A DNA stretch of 54,807 nt from Candidatus Aminicenantes bacterium (GCA_046538375.1 JBKHJA010000002.1:1-54807), one strand, 5' to 3'; shown: positions 28,754 through 39,438, counted from the first letter of the stretch. Program-made: numbers and translations. Notes: generated by a model from the letters alone, not told the origin.

Positions 28754-29601
28754 CAGGATGACCTCTCCTTGTGTGTGTATTTTTTTGCAATCTGAGTTAC
28801 CACTTCCCTTATCTGAGCGATCATCTTCACCCGCTCGGTAACGCTTATGGCTCCACGAGAATCCAGAAGATTGAAAAGATGAGAACACTTCAGACACATA
28901 TCATAGGCAGGAAGAAAAAGATTCTGTTTGATGAGACTTCCCGCTTCTTTCACCTGCATCCCAAAAGATTCTTGAAGCATTTTGATGTTGGCCTGGTTGA
29001 AGTTATAGTCGGAAAACTCCTTCTCTTCCTGAAACCTCAAATCCTTATAGGTGACATCTCCAGACCAGTTCAAGTCATAAATATTGTCTTTTCCTTCTAA
29101 AAACATCTCCAATCTTTCCAGGCCGTAAGTGATTTCTACAGGCACCGGATAAAGATCGATTCCTCCGGCCTGCTGGAAATAAGTGAACTGAGTGATTTCC
29201 AATCCATCCAGCAGTATCTGCCAGCCCACTCCCCAGGCTCCGATAGTGGGAGATTCCCAGTCGTCTTCATCAAAACGAATGTCATGTTCTTCGAGCTGAA
29301 TACCCAAGGCCACCAGACTGTCCAAGTAGATCTGTTGAATATCAGGAGGCGATGGCTTTATGACCACCTGGTACTGGAAGTGTTTCTGAACCCGATGAGG
29401 ATTTTCGGCGTATCTCCCATCCCTGGGCCGTCGTGAAGGCTGAACATAAGCGACTTTCCACGCTCTCTTATCCAGGACTCTAAAAAAAGTATCTGGAGTC
29501 ATGGTTCCTGCACCCACTTCAACATCATAAGGCTGGGCAAGATAGCATCCTCTCTCTGCCCAAAATTTTTGGAGATTCATGACCAGGTCTTGTATACTCA
29601 T
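28753..29601 (-). CDS. glyQ: glycine--tRNA ligase alpha subunit
   Basis: MSIQDLVMNLQKFWAERGCYLAQPYDVEVGAGTMTP is a highly conserved GlyQ N-terminus. Length is 282 aa. Confidence 0.95.
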   Translation of the reverse strand: MSIQDLVMNLQKFWAERGCYLAQPYDVEVGAGTMTPDTFFRVLDKRAWKVAYVQPSRRPRDGRYAENPHRVQKHFQYQVVIKPSPPDIQQIYLDSLVALGIQLEEHDIRFDEDDWESPTIGAWGVGWQILLDGLEITQFTYFQQAGGIDLYPVPVEITYGLERLEMFLEGKDNIYDLNWSGDVTYKDLRFQEEKEFSDYNFNQANIKMLQESFGMQVKEAGSLIKQNLFLPAYDMCLKCSHLFNLLDSRGAISVTERVKMIAQIREVVTQIAKKYTHKERSS

Positions 29602-29619
29602 GCTAAGATACCAGAACGA

Positions 29620-31086
29620 TTATTTTGTTTTTCTGGCGTCCCTGGCTCCATGCCACCTCAACACCGGCTTTCTGGCAGCTTGAGCCTCGTCCAATCTTCT
29701 CACATAAGACTTGTGGGGCGCAGATTTCAAGAGTTCAGGGTTTTCTTCAGTTTCTTTGGAAATCTTCTTCATGGCCTGGATGAAGAGATCAAGATCCCGT
29801 TTGCTTTCTGTCTCAGTGGGTTCAATCATCAGGGCTCCATGCACCACCAGGGGAAAAGACATGGTGGGAGGATGCAGGTCAAAATCGATGAGCCTTTTGG
29901 CAATATCGATGTTGGTTACCCCATGTTTTTTCTGAAATTTATCAGAAAAAACACACTCGTGCAGAGTGGGTGAGCTGTATTTAAGGTGATAATCCTTTTC
30001 CAGGTTTTTTCTAAGATAATTAGAATTCAAAACAGCCGTTTCTGCTGTTTCTTTAAATCCTTCATATCCCTGAGACAGAATATAAGCCAGAGCTTTGACC
30101 ACCACCAGAAAATTTCCATAAAAACTGTGGATTTTTCCTATACTCTGGGGACGAAGGAAATTGAAAAAATACTTTCCGTCCCTGCCCTCAATAATGGGTA
30201 CCGGCAGATAGGGTTCCAGATGTTTTTTTACTCCCAAGGGGCCAGATCCAGGACCTCCCCCGCCGTGAGGAGTGGAGAAAGTTTTGTGCAGATTGAGATG
30301 GATGATATCAACATCCATCTCCCCGGGTCTGCATTTCCCCACCAGAGCATTCATGTTGGCCCCATCCATGTAAAGAAGTCCACCCCGGGAATGGATGATC
30401 CGAGCGATTTTCCTGATATCTGTTTCAAAAATTCCCAAGGTGTTGGGGTTGGTTATCATCAAGGCTGCCACATCTTCAGTCACAGCTCGCGAGAGAGCAT
30501 CCAGGTCCACTGTCCCTTTCTGGTTGGACCGGACTTCATGAACCCGATAACCGCAGAGATGGGCGCTGGAGGGATTGGTTCCATGGGCTGAGTCTGGAAT
30601 GAGAACAATCTTTCTGGGATCTCCCTGTTCTTCAAGATAAGCGCGGACCAGCATCATTCCTAATAATTCTCCCTGAGCACCGGCTGAAGGCTGCAGAGTG
30701 AAAGCATCCATTCCGGTTGTTTCAGCCAAAAGCTCTTCTGTTTTCTTGAGAACAGCCAGGTTTCCCTGGACCAATTCCTGGGGAAGATAGGGATGAGCGG
30801 CGGCGAATTCAGGCTGAGAGGCCAGGTTCTCGTTTATCTTGGGATTGTATTTCATGGTGCAGGAACCCAATGGGTAAAACCCTTCATCAATACAGTAGTT
30901 GGTTCGAGAAAGACGGGTAAAATGCCTGACCACCTCCACTTCCGAAACTACGGGAAAATCCTTTATTTCCTTTCTGGTGGGGAGATTTTTGATGATTTCT
31001 TTATCTGGAGGAACATCTAATTTTGGCAGAGGAAAGTCACCTTTTCCTTTATCGCTTATTTCAAAGATTAGTGGTTCTCTGATCAT
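29620..31086 (-). CDS. gcvPB: glycine dehydrogenase (decarboxylating) subunit 2
   Basis: PLP-lysine region NLHKTFSTPHGGGGPG. Length is 488 aa. Confidence 0.93.
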   Translation of the reverse strand: MIREPLIFEISDKGKGDFPLPKLDVPPDKEIIKNLPTRKEIKDFPVVSEVEVVRHFTRLSRTNYCIDEGFYPLGSCTMKYNPKINENLASQPEFAAAHPYLPQELVQGNLAVLKKTEELLAETTGMDAFTLQPSAGAQGELLGMMLVRAYLEEQGDPRKIVLIPDSAHGTNPSSAHLCGYRVHEVRSNQKGTVDLDALSRAVTEDVAALMITNPNTLGIFETDIRKIARIIHSRGGLLYMDGANMNALVGKCRPGEMDVDIIHLNLHKTFSTPHGGGGPGSGPLGVKKHLEPYLPVPIIEGRDGKYFFNFLRPQSIGKIHSFYGNFLVVVKALAYILSQGYEGFKETAETAVLNSNYLRKNLEKDYHLKYSSPTLHECVFSDKFQKKHGVTNIDIAKRLIDFDLHPPTMSFPLVVHGALMIEPTETESKRDLDLFIQAMKKISKETEENPELLKSAPHKSYVRRLDEAQAARKPVLRWHGARDARKTK

Positions 31087-31096
31087 CGGTGTTTGC

Positions 31097-32452
31097 TCAC
31101 TCCTTCAGGGCTTCCTTTAATTTTTTGATCAGGTGATCGATGTCTTCTTTTTTATGCATCTCGGTCACACAGAACAAAGCACAGTTTTTAAGCTCTGGAT
31201 AGTCCTTTTCCAGGCTTAATCCGCCGATAACACCCTTCCTTTTGAGAAAGCCATTGATCCTGGACCAGTCTTTTGAGCACTCTATGACAAATTCGTTGAA
31301 AAAACTTCCATTGAATTTTTGCCTAAGTCCGGTCAACTTTTGCATCTGCCTCAAGGCATAATGGGCTTTTTGCACGTTTTGCCAGGCTAATTCTCCTAAT
31401 CCCTGCTGGCCCAGGGTCTCTAAAAAAATGGTGGCTCTCAGAGCGCACCAGGCTTGATTGGTGCATATATTGGAGGTGGCCCGCTCTCGTCTTATGTGCT
31501 GCTCTCTGGTGGATAAGGCAAGAACAAAGCCGCGTTTTCCTTCAACATCGGTAGTCTGTCCAGCTATACGGCCGGGAAATTGTCTCAAAAATTCCTTCCG
31601 GCAGGCCATAAATCCAAGATAAGGCCCTCCAAAGCTTAGAGGAAGGCCAAAGGACTGCCCTTCCCCTGTGACCATATCTGCTCCTGATTCTCCAGGGGAC
31701 TCCAAAAGACCCAAAGAGACTGGCTCGGCCACCACCGCTATGGATAAGGATTCATGACGGTGAGCGAGGCCGGAGATTCTTTCTCCCTCCTCTATAACAC
31801 CCAGGAAATTGGGGGACTGAAAAACCACCGCTGAAGTCTGCTTATCCATCTTTTTTTCAAGGCCATCAAAATCAATCTTTCCTGACTTTTGGTAACCTAT
31901 TTCTTCCACCTTGATCCCCAGGTTTTTGGTATAAGTCCGGATGACTTTTCTGTATTGAGGATGGAGTGTTCTGGCCACCAAAATCTTAGACTTCCCTTGA
32001 AGACGATCAGCCATCAAGACAGCCTCTGCTGCCCCTGAAGCCCCATCGTAAAGAGAAGCATTGGCAATATCCATTCCTGTCAGCTGACAGATCAAGGTTT
32101 GGAATTCAAATATAACCTGGAGTGTCCCCTGGCTCAGTTCTGGCTGGTAGGGAGTATAAGGGCTTAAAAATTCACCACGAGAACTCAAATAGTCCACCAC
32201 CGCGGGGATGAAATGACGATAAGCTCCAGCCCCCAAAAAACAAAGATAGTCCTGGAATGTGTTCTTTTTTCTTAAGTCCTCAAAGTGGCGAATCAGCTCT
32301 GCTTCTGTCAGTGGAGAGGGCATATTGAGCTTTCTTTTTAACTTTAAATTTTTTGGTATACAGGCAAAGAGTTCCTCCATCGAGGAAAGCCCCACTTTGG
32401 CCAGCATTTCCTTCTTATCTTTGTCGCTCAGAGATGTGTAACTCATGATCAA
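31097..32452 (-). CDS. gcvPA: glycine dehydrogenase (decarboxylating) subunit 1
   Basis: N-terminus ...DKDKKEMLAKVGLSSMEELFACIP and the motif PYQPELSQG. Length is 451 aa. Confidence 0.92.
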   Translation of the reverse strand: MIMSYTSLSDKDKKEMLAKVGLSSMEELFACIPKNLKLKRKLNMPSPLTEAELIRHFEDLRKKNTFQDYLCFLGAGAYRHFIPAVVDYLSSRGEFLSPYTPYQPELSQGTLQVIFEFQTLICQLTGMDIANASLYDGASGAAEAVLMADRLQGKSKILVARTLHPQYRKVIRTYTKNLGIKVEEIGYQKSGKIDFDGLEKKMDKQTSAVVFQSPNFLGVIEEGERISGLAHRHESLSIAVVAEPVSLGLLESPGESGADMVTGEGQSFGLPLSFGGPYLGFMACRKEFLRQFPGRIAGQTTDVEGKRGFVLALSTREQHIRRERATSNICTNQAWCALRATIFLETLGQQGLGELAWQNVQKAHYALRQMQKLTGLRQKFNGSFFNEFVIECSKDWSRINGFLKRKGVIGGLSLEKDYPELKNCALFCVTEMHKKEDIDHLIKKLKEALKE

Positions 32453-32480
32453 GAAATCCAGTTTGGTTGGAAAAAGTCAG

Positions 32481-32867
32481 TTATTCTTCGATTCCTTCAA
32501 GAAACTTTTCGTATTCCGAAGCAGACATCAGCTTTTGCAATTCTGTTTCGTCTTTGATTTTCAGCCGGATTATCCATCCCTGTCCATGGGGATCTTCGTT
32601 GATCATCTCTGGAGAATCATTCAATTTTTGATTGACCTCAGCCACTTCACCTGCCACAGGAGAATACACATCAGAAACTGCCTTTACGGATTCTATGACT
32701 CCCAAAGACTGATGAAACTCCAGTTTTGTCCCCACTTCAGGAAGCTCTACGTACACCACATCCCCCAGCTGCTTTTGAGCAAAATCTGTGATTCCGACTG
32801 TGGCCCTTTCTCCTTCCACTTTGATCCATTCATGATCTTTGGTGTAATGAAAATCATCAGGATACAT
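32481..32867 (-). CDS. gcvH: glycine cleavage system H protein
   Basis: Lipoyl-lysine motif IESVKAVSDVY. Length is 128 aa. Confidence 0.95.
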   Translation of the reverse strand: MYPDDFHYTKDHEWIKVEGERATVGITDFAQKQLGDVVYVELPEVGTKLEFHQSLGVIESVKAVSDVYSPVAGEVAEVNQKLNDSPEMINEDPHGQGWIIRLKIKDETELQKLMSASEYEKFLEGIEE

Positions 32868-32961
32868 TCAATTCCTCCTCCTGACCGTTGAATCATTGAT
32901 GAAGGGTGAAGGGAGAAAATGAATTCTCCTGTTCACCCTTACTGATTATACTTCATCTTAG

Positions 32962-34053
32962 TTATTTTTTGTTTCTTTTGTAGAAAGGGATGGAAACCAC
33001 TCTGGCCTGGGCTTTTCTATTCCTTATTCCCACCTCAATTTCTGTTCCTTTCTGTGTGTACTCAAGGGGAAGATAAGTCAATCCTATGCTTTTTTTCAAG
33101 TACGGAGAATAGGATCCAGAAGTGACTTCAGAAACTTTTTTATGGTCTGCAAAAACAGGATAATGAGGCCGAGCTATACCGGCGCCCAGTATTTCAAATC
33201 CTGCGATCTTTCGCTTTATCCCTTTTTCCTTTTGTTTAAGGAGAGCTTCTCTGCCTAAAAAGTCGCCTTTTTCGAATTTCACCAGCCAGCCCAGCCCTGC
33301 TTCCAGAACCGTAGTGGTCTCGTCAATATCATTGCCGTAGAGCATGAGAGTGGCTTCCAAACGGAGTGTATCTCGGGCTCCAAGACCTGCCGGTACCAGG
33401 CCGTATTCTTTTCCCCCATCAAGGAGAGCTTCCCAAATTTTCTCTGGATTGAGGGAAAGGGTGTAAATTTCAAAACCATCTTCACCTGTGTACCCTGTCC
33501 GGGATATCAGAACTTTTTCTCCTTCCAGCTCTCCCCCACTGAACCGGAAAGGTCTCATCTCTTCCAGATTGATTTCAGTCATCGGCTGCAGTATATCAAG
33601 AGCCTTTGGCCCTTGCAGAGCGAGCTGTGTATAATCCTGACTTTTGTTCTCCACCTTCACTTCGAATCCCTGCTTATGGCGATGGATCCATTCATGATCT
33701 TTGTCCGAATTGGCAGCATTGACCACCAGAAGATATTCTTCAGGGGTCAAGCAGTAGACCAGAAGATCATCCACAAAGGTTCCTTGGGCTGTGGTCAGGG
33801 CTGAGTACTGGGATTTTCCAGATGAAAGCCTCCCTGCATCATTAGGGCTAAGATACTGGACCAGATCAAGAGCTTGTTTTCCAGAAATCAGGATTTCTCC
33901 CATGTGACTGACATCAAACAGTCCAGCTTTTTTCCGCACTGCTAGATGTTCATCGATGACACCAGAAAATTCGACCGGCATTTCCCAGCCGAAGAATTCA
34001 ATCATTTTTGCGCCCCATTTTTTATGGGCTGAATGAAGGCGGGTTTTTTTCAT
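32962..34053 (-). CDS. gcvT: glycine cleavage system aminomethyltransferase T
   Basis: From ATG 34053 the protein starts MKKTRLHSAHKKWGAKMIEFFGWEMP, co-linear with known GcvT N-termini. The track ORF starts 11 codons earlier at a GTG without an SD. Confidence 0.9.
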   Translation of the reverse strand: MKKTRLHSAHKKWGAKMIEFFGWEMPVEFSGVIDEHLAVRKKAGLFDVSHMGEILISGKQALDLVQYLSPNDAGRLSSGKSQYSALTTAQGTFVDDLLVYCLTPEEYLLVVNAANSDKDHEWIHRHKQGFEVKVENKSQDYTQLALQGPKALDILQPMTEINLEEMRPFRFSGGELEGEKVLISRTGYTGEDGFEIYTLSLNPEKIWEALLDGGKEYGLVPAGLGARDTLRLEATLMLYGNDIDETTTVLEAGLGWLVKFEKGDFLGREALLKQKEKGIKRKIAGFEILGAGIARPHYPVFADHKKVSEVTSGSYSPYLKKSIGLTYLPLEYTQKGTEIEVGIRNRKAQARVVSIPFYKRNKK

Positions 34054-34165
34054 TTCCTCGTTTCTTTTAGAGTAATTTACTATCACATAATTTTCGATGA
34101 TGCAAGAAAAATCCCAGGGTGAGCCTTGTTCATAATCGGAAATTTGCTATAATTAAAAACCAATC

Positions 34166-36103
34166 ATGATCAAATTCAAGGCCTGGTTGAAAAAAGAGAT
34201 CCACCAGAAGCTCAAAGGCAAGTATCCTGTTGACAGGAAAGAAATAGGTATCGACTACACTCCCCGACATAAAATGGGAGATTTAGCTCTGACTTTCCCT
34301 TTTCAGCTGGCCAAAAAAATTGACTCCAATCCCCGCCAGATAGCTGAAGAAGTAATTTCTCATATCTCTCCTATTCAAGGTGTGAAAAAAATAGAAGTGG
34401 CTGGTCCGGGTTATATCAATCTTTTTCTGGACCGCCGAAAATTCTTTCTGAACTTGCTCCGTTCCCTTCCCTTATCCTTCCTCACTCCCGAAGAAAAAAA
34501 AGTAATCATCGAGCACACCAATATCAATCCCAATAAGGCAGCCCATATCGGCCATCTGAGGAATGCCTGTCTGGGCGATACTCTGGGCCGCTGCCTGAAA
34601 TACAAAGGGGAAAATGTGGAGATCCAGAACTATATTGATGATACAGGAGTTCAGGTGGTGGATGTGGTGTTCGGCCTGATGGAGATGGAAAAAAAGACCC
34701 TGGAAGATATAAGGAAGATTAACGGAAAATTTGACTATTACTGCTGGGATCTATACCCCCGTGTATCTTCCTATCTGGAGGCTCATCCTGAGGCTCAAAA
34801 AAGAAAATCGGAAATCCTTAAAAAAATCGAACAAGGCATCAATCCTGAAGCAGAGATAGCTCATCTCATCTCCCGCCGTGTTATCAAAGCCCATGTTCAG
34901 ACCATGCGGAGAATCGGTGTCAGTTATGACCTTCTACCCTGTGAAAGCACCATTCTTGACCTCAAATTTTGGGAAGAAGCCTTTTCCCTCCTCAAGGAAA
35001 GAAAAGCTATCTATCTGGCCGCTGAAGGAGCCAACCAAGGATGTTGGGTGATGAAGCTGGAAGAAGAGGAAGACAGGGAGAAAATCATCGTCCGTTCTGA
35101 CGGCACAGTGACCTACGTGGGGAAAGATATCGCCTACCAGCTCTGGAAATTCGGCCTTCTGGAAAAGGATTTTTATTATGAACCCTTTCTGGATCAAAAC
35201 GGAAAAACCATCTGGATCACTTCCTCCAATCCTAAAAGCCGGTCTCCATCTTTCGGCCAGGGCAGTCTAGTGTACAATGTCATTGATCTCCGCCAATCCT
35301 ATCTTCAAAAAATCGTGGTCCAAGGATTGAAATCTCTTAAATATTTTGACCAAGCCGCCAAGTCCATCCATTTCTCCTATGAGATGGTGGCGCTTTCTCC
35401 TAAAAGCCTGAAAGAGCTCAACCTGAGCATATCAGAGGAAGACAAAGACAAAGATTTTCTTGAGGTTTCTGGGAGAAAGGGATTGGGAATCAAGGCTGAT
35501 GACCTTCTGGACAGACTGGAAGAAAAGGCCCGTTCAGAAGTAGAAAAAAGGAATCCAGGACTTTCATCTGAGAAAAAAGCAGATACGGCCCGAAAAATTG
35601 CCAGCGGGGCCCTGCGCTATTTTATGCTCAAATTCTCCAGAAATTCCCTTATCGTGTTTGATTTTGAAGATGCTTTGAGTTTTGAGGGAGAAACCGGTCC
35701 CTATCTCCAGTACACCCTGGTGAGAATCAACAGCATATTCCGTAAATTGAAGAAAAGAGAAGGATTTGAAGAAAAAGACCTGCAGTCACTCCTTTCTTCT
35801 GCTGAATTTCCCCTGGAGGCGCTATCCGAGGAAGAAAAAGATGACTTCTGGGAGCTCATCTTCTATGCTTCTCAGTTTGAAGAAGAAGTGATTCATTCTG
35901 TAAGATCACTGGAATTCTCTCATCTGGCGAAATTTTCTTTTAACCTTTCTCAAAAGTTCAATTCCTACTACCATGTCTATCCTGTTTTAGCTGAAGAAAA
36001 CCAGAAACTCAAAAGAATGCGGATATTGACTATCTATTACGTCAGAGAAGTTCTCAAACGCACTCTTTCTCTGATGGGTATTCCCCAACCAGAAAGAATG
36101 TGA
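34166..36103 (+). CDS. argS: arginine--tRNA ligase
   Basis: Class I HIGH motif in NPNKAAHIGHLRNA, plus a C-terminal DALR-type anticodon-binding region. Length is 645 aa, which is long for the family. Confidence 0.9.
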   Translation: MIKFKAWLKKEIHQKLKGKYPVDRKEIGIDYTPRHKMGDLALTFPFQLAKKIDSNPRQIAEEVISHISPIQGVKKIEVAGPGYINLFLDRRKFFLNLLRSLPLSFLTPEEKKVIIEHTNINPNKAAHIGHLRNACLGDTLGRCLKYKGENVEIQNYIDDTGVQVVDVVFGLMEMEKKTLEDIRKINGKFDYYCWDLYPRVSSYLEAHPEAQKRKSEILKKIEQGINPEAEIAHLISRRVIKAHVQTMRRIGVSYDLLPCESTILDLKFWEEAFSLLKERKAIYLAAEGANQGCWVMKLEEEEDREKIIVRSDGTVTYVGKDIAYQLWKFGLLEKDFYYEPFLDQNGKTIWITSSNPKSRSPSFGQGSLVYNVIDLRQSYLQKIVVQGLKSLKYFDQAAKSIHFSYEMVALSPKSLKELNLSISEEDKDKDFLEVSGRKGLGIKADDLLDRLEEKARSEVEKRNPGLSSEKKADTARKIASGALRYFMLKFSRNSLIVFDFEDALSFEGETGPYLQYTLVRINSIFRKLKKREGFEEKDLQSLLSSAEFPLEALSEEEKDDFWELIFYASQFEEEVIHSVRSLEFSHLAKFSFNLSQKFNSYYHVYPVLAEENQKLKRMRILTIYYVREVLKRTLSLMGIPQPERM

Positions 36104-36161
36104 AGAGAGAACCGAGAATCACACTCTGAGATCAAATCATGAGACAAAAGGAGATTAAGAA

Positions 36162-37088
36162 ATGATTGAAGTCGCTCATCTGACCAAAAAATATGGTGAG
36201 CTGCTGGCTGTGAATGACCTAAATTTTAAAGTGGAGAAAGGGAAAATTTGGGGCCTTCTGGGCCCTAACGCAGCCGGCAAAACAACCACCATGAGAATCC
36301 TGACCGGGTACCTTCCAGCTACTGACGGCCAGGCTACAGTGGCCGGATATGATGTCTTCGAGCACCCCACAGAAGTTAAAAAGATTACCGGCTACCTGCC
36401 AGAAAATGTTCCCCTTTATCCTGAGATGACTGTCCAGTCCTACCTCAGCTTTGTGGCTGAAATCAAACAGATCCCCGCCAATCGAAAGCAGGAAGCTTTA
36501 ACCAAAGCCATGCAGACAAGCGGGCTGGAGTCGGTCAGAGGAAGACTCATCAAGAACATCTCCCGGGGATTCAAACAGAGAGTGGGGATCGCCCAATGCC
36601 TGATCCATGAGCCTCAAATCCTTATCCTGGATGAACCCACTATCGGGCTCGACCCGGCTCAGATCGTAGAAATCCGAAAGCTCATCAAGTCTTTGAAAGG
36701 AGAGCGGACCATCATGCTCTCCACTCATATCCTGGCCGAAGTCACCCAGACCTGTGACGGAGTGGCCATCATTAACGAGGGCCGATTGATGGCCTCGGAC
36801 TCCTTGGAGGAACTCACTTCCTCCTTCAGCCAGAAAACAGGGATGTTCATCAGGCTCAAAAAGGCAGACCAAGAAGCCGCTTCCCTGCTGCAGGCCTTTC
36901 CCGGGGTAGACAAAGTCAGCCGGGAAGACGATGGCTTTACCGTGGAATGGGCTGAAGGAAAGGATATCAGAGACCAGATCACCAAATTCATGGTGGAAAA
37001 AGAACTGGGTCTTGTGGAAATGAGACCTCTGGCCATGAACATCGAGGATCTCTATCTCAGGATCATCTCAGGAGGTGTGAAACAATGA
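36162..37088 (+). CDS. ABC transporter ATP-binding protein (GldA-like)
   Basis: Walker A GPNAAGKTT, signature-like ISRGFKQR, Walker B ILILDEP. Length is 308 aa. Confidence 0.9.
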   Translation: MIEVAHLTKKYGELLAVNDLNFKVEKGKIWGLLGPNAAGKTTTMRILTGYLPATDGQATVAGYDVFEHPTEVKKITGYLPENVPLYPEMTVQSYLSFVAEIKQIPANRKQEALTKAMQTSGLESVRGRLIKNISRGFKQRVGIAQCLIHEPQILILDEPTIGLDPAQIVEIRKLIKSLKGERTIMLSTHILAEVTQTCDGVAIINEGRLMASDSLEELTSSFSQKTGMFIRLKKADQEAASLLQAFPGVDKVSREDDGFTVEWAEGKDIRDQITKFMVEKELGLVEMRPLAMNIEDLYLRIISGGVKQ

Positions 37089-37852
37089 AAAACATATGGG
37101 CTGTATGCAAAAAAGAAATCAAAACTTACTTCACCTCTCCCATCGCCTATGTAACCATCACCGTATTTCTGGTGTTGGTGGGATTTTTTTTCTACAGCCT
37201 CATCTGGTGGTTCAACTCTCAATCCCTTCAGATGGCCAGAAACCCCTATTACCAGCAGCAGCTCAACATCAACCAGATGGTCTATTCCCCGCTTTTCCAT
37301 AATATCAGCATTATCCTGCTGTTGATGATCCCGCTTTTGACCATGCGGCTTTTTGCCGAAGAAAAGAAAGCCAACACCGATGAACTTCTGTACACCAGTC
37401 CTATTTCTGTCAACCAGATCATACTGGGGAAATATTTTGCTTCTATCTTTGTGCTGGTGGCCATGCTGGTCCTCACCGGAATTCTCTCTATTTTCACATT
37501 TGCTTACGGCAATCCTGAAATGGCTCCCCTCTTGAACGGTTATCTGGGCCTGTTCCTGATGGGAGCAGCTTTTATGGCTGTGGGCATCTTTTTCTCCTCT
37601 CTCACCGAAAACCAGATTGTGGCTGCTATCCTGACCTTTGGCGCCCTCCTTCTGTTCTGGATTCTGAACTGGGCTTCTTATTCTGCCGGAGGGATGTGGA
37701 AGGATGTGCTGAATTATCTCTCTTTCTTCCAGCATTTTGATGATATGACCAAAGGAATTCTGGATACCACGGATGTGGTGTACTACCTCAGTTTCTCCTT
37801 TTTTGGTCTGTTCTTAACTCATTCTGTCATTCAATCGCGAAGGTGGAGGTAA
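37085..37852 (+). CDS. ABC-2 type permease (GldF-like)
   Basis: Six hydrophobic helices, 255 aa. ATGA overlap with the ATPase gene. Confidence 0.82.
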   Translation: MKNIWAVCKKEIKTYFTSPIAYVTITVFLVLVGFFFYSLIWWFNSQSLQMARNPYYQQQLNINQMVYSPLFHNISIILLLMIPLLTMRLFAEEKKANTDELLYTSPISVNQIILGKYFASIFVLVAMLVLTGILSIFTFAYGNPEMAPLLNGYLGLFLMGAAFMAVGIFFSSLTENQIVAAILTFGALLLFWILNWASYSAGGMWKDVLNYLSFFQHFDDMTKGILDTTDVVYYLSFSFFGLFLTHSVIQSRRWR

Positions 37853-37854
37853 AA

Positions 37855-39438
37855 ATGGAAAAGATCAAGAAATATCTGAATTATGTGGCTATTGCCCTGA
37901 TATTCCTGGCTTTGATCTCTCTTAAAATCTGGCCCTACCAGAAAACAGTGCCTCTGGTATTAGGTTTGCTGGGAGTGGCTGTTTTAATCGTCTACATGGC
38001 GTTGAACCTCTCTGTGCTTAAACAAAGCTTTAAGCGAAAATCGTTCCTCTATTCCAGCAATATGCTTCTGATTGTTCTTCTGGTTCTGGCCATCCTGGTG
38101 CTTATCAACTATTTTCTGGCCCACCATCACCACCGCTTTGACTTTACTGAAGCCAAGCTTCATTCTCTCTCTGGCCAATCGGTAAAGGTGCTTAAAAACC
38201 TGAAGGATGAGGTGAGAATCAGATGCTTTTTCAGAGAGGGAAATTTCAACCGGGCCAAGATGGAAAATCTGATGAAAATCTACGCCTACCATTCTAATAA
38301 GATAAAGCATGAATTTATCGATCCTGATAAAAACCCAGGGCTGGTCAAAAGATACGAAATCAAAGAAGACGGAACCACAGTTTTTGAAAGCGAGGGCAAA
38401 GACAGCCGGATTACCTCCACAACCGAAGAGGATATCACCAACGCCATCATCAAGATTTCACGAGAAAAGAAAAAAATCATCTACTTTCTTGAAGGACACG
38501 GTGAAGCCAGTACGGAAGATTCAGGAGATAGAGGATATTCCCTTGCCAAAAAAGAATTGGAAAAGTTGGGTTATGAAATAAAAAACATCACTCTGGCTCT
38601 TTCTGATACCTTTCCGGAAGACTGCTCTCTTCTGGTTATTCCCGGGCCTGAAAAAGATCTTCTTCCCAACGAGCTGGTGACCATAAGGAATTATATTCAA
38701 CAGGGGGGCAGGGTATTTTTCATGGTGGACCCGGAAAATGCCCCCTGCCTCAAATCCTATCTTCGGGATTTCGGGATGGAGCTTCAAGATGATCTGATTG
38801 TGGATACAGTTTCTCGTTTGCTGGGAGGCGACTATTTCATGCCTGTGGTGAGCGAATATGAATACCACACCATTACCGAAAAGTTCCGGTATGCCACCTT
38901 TTTTCCTTATACCCGCTCGGTCAATAAAATGGAAGAAATGCCGGAGGGAGTTTCTGTTAATATTCTGGCCAAAAGCAGTCCCAATTCCTGGTCAGAACGT
39001 CAGCTCGAGCAGAAGGAAGTCACTTTTGACAAAGATAAAGACCAACAAGGGCCCATTCCCTTGGCCGCTGTGGCCACGGTTGAATACAAAGAAGAAGAAA
39101 AGAAAACCCAGGAAGGAAAAGAATCCCAAAAAGAGGAGGGAACCACAGAAGAGTACCAGCCAGAGAGAGAGGGACGCCTGGCTGTTTTCGGTGATTCAGA
39201 TTTTGCCGCCAACACCTACTACAATCTCTCAGGAAACGGAAATTTCTTCCTCAACACTGTAAACTGGCTGGCCGAGGAAGCAGATCTTATTTCCATCCAG
39301 CCAAAGACTTCTTCCCCCCGGACCATCCATCTCACCCCCTCCCAGGGCAGGATGATCTTCTTTGTCTCTATCATCATTCTGCCTCTGATCGTGCTGGTTA
39401 CAGGAATTTCTATCTGGGTAAGGAGGAGATCCCTATGA
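37855..39438 (+). CDS. GldG-like ABC-transporter auxiliary protein
   Basis: N- and C-terminal TM anchors flank a large hydrophilic domain. Conserved position after the ABC-2 permease. ATG 37855 lies 5 nt after AGGTGGAGG; the track uses GTG 37843. Confidence 0.72.
   Translation: MEKIKKYLNYVAIALIFLALISLKIWPYQKTVPLVLGLLGVAVLIVYMALNLSVLKQSFKRKSFLYSSNMLLIVLLVLAILVLINYFLAHHHHRFDFTEAKLHSLSGQSVKVLKNLKDEVRIRCFFREGNFNRAKMENLMKIYAYHSNKIKHEFIDPDKNPGLVKRYEIKEDGTTVFESEGKDSRITSTTEEDITNAIIKISREKKKIIYFLEGHGEASTEDSGDRGYSLAKKELEKLGYEIKNITLALSDTFPEDCSLLVIPGPEKDLLPNELVTIRNYIQQGGRVFFMVDPENAPCLKSYLRDFGMELQDDLIVDTVSRLLGGDYFMPVVSEYEYHTITEKFRYATFFPYTRSVNKMEEMPEGVSVNILAKSSPNSWSERQLEQKEVTFDKDKDQQGPIPLAAVATVEYKEEEKKTQEGKESQKEEGTTEEYQPEREGRLAVFGDSDFAANTYYNLSGNGNFFLNTVNWLAEEADLISIQPKTSSPRTIHLTPSQGRMIFFVSIIILPLIVLVTGISIWVRRRSL

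Noticed and set aside
34054-34165. Possible glycine riboswitch in the gcvT leader
   Set aside because: The spacer is only 112 nt and AT-rich. It lacks the conserved G-rich/ACCG core blocks on the minus strand. A tandem aptamer would not fit.
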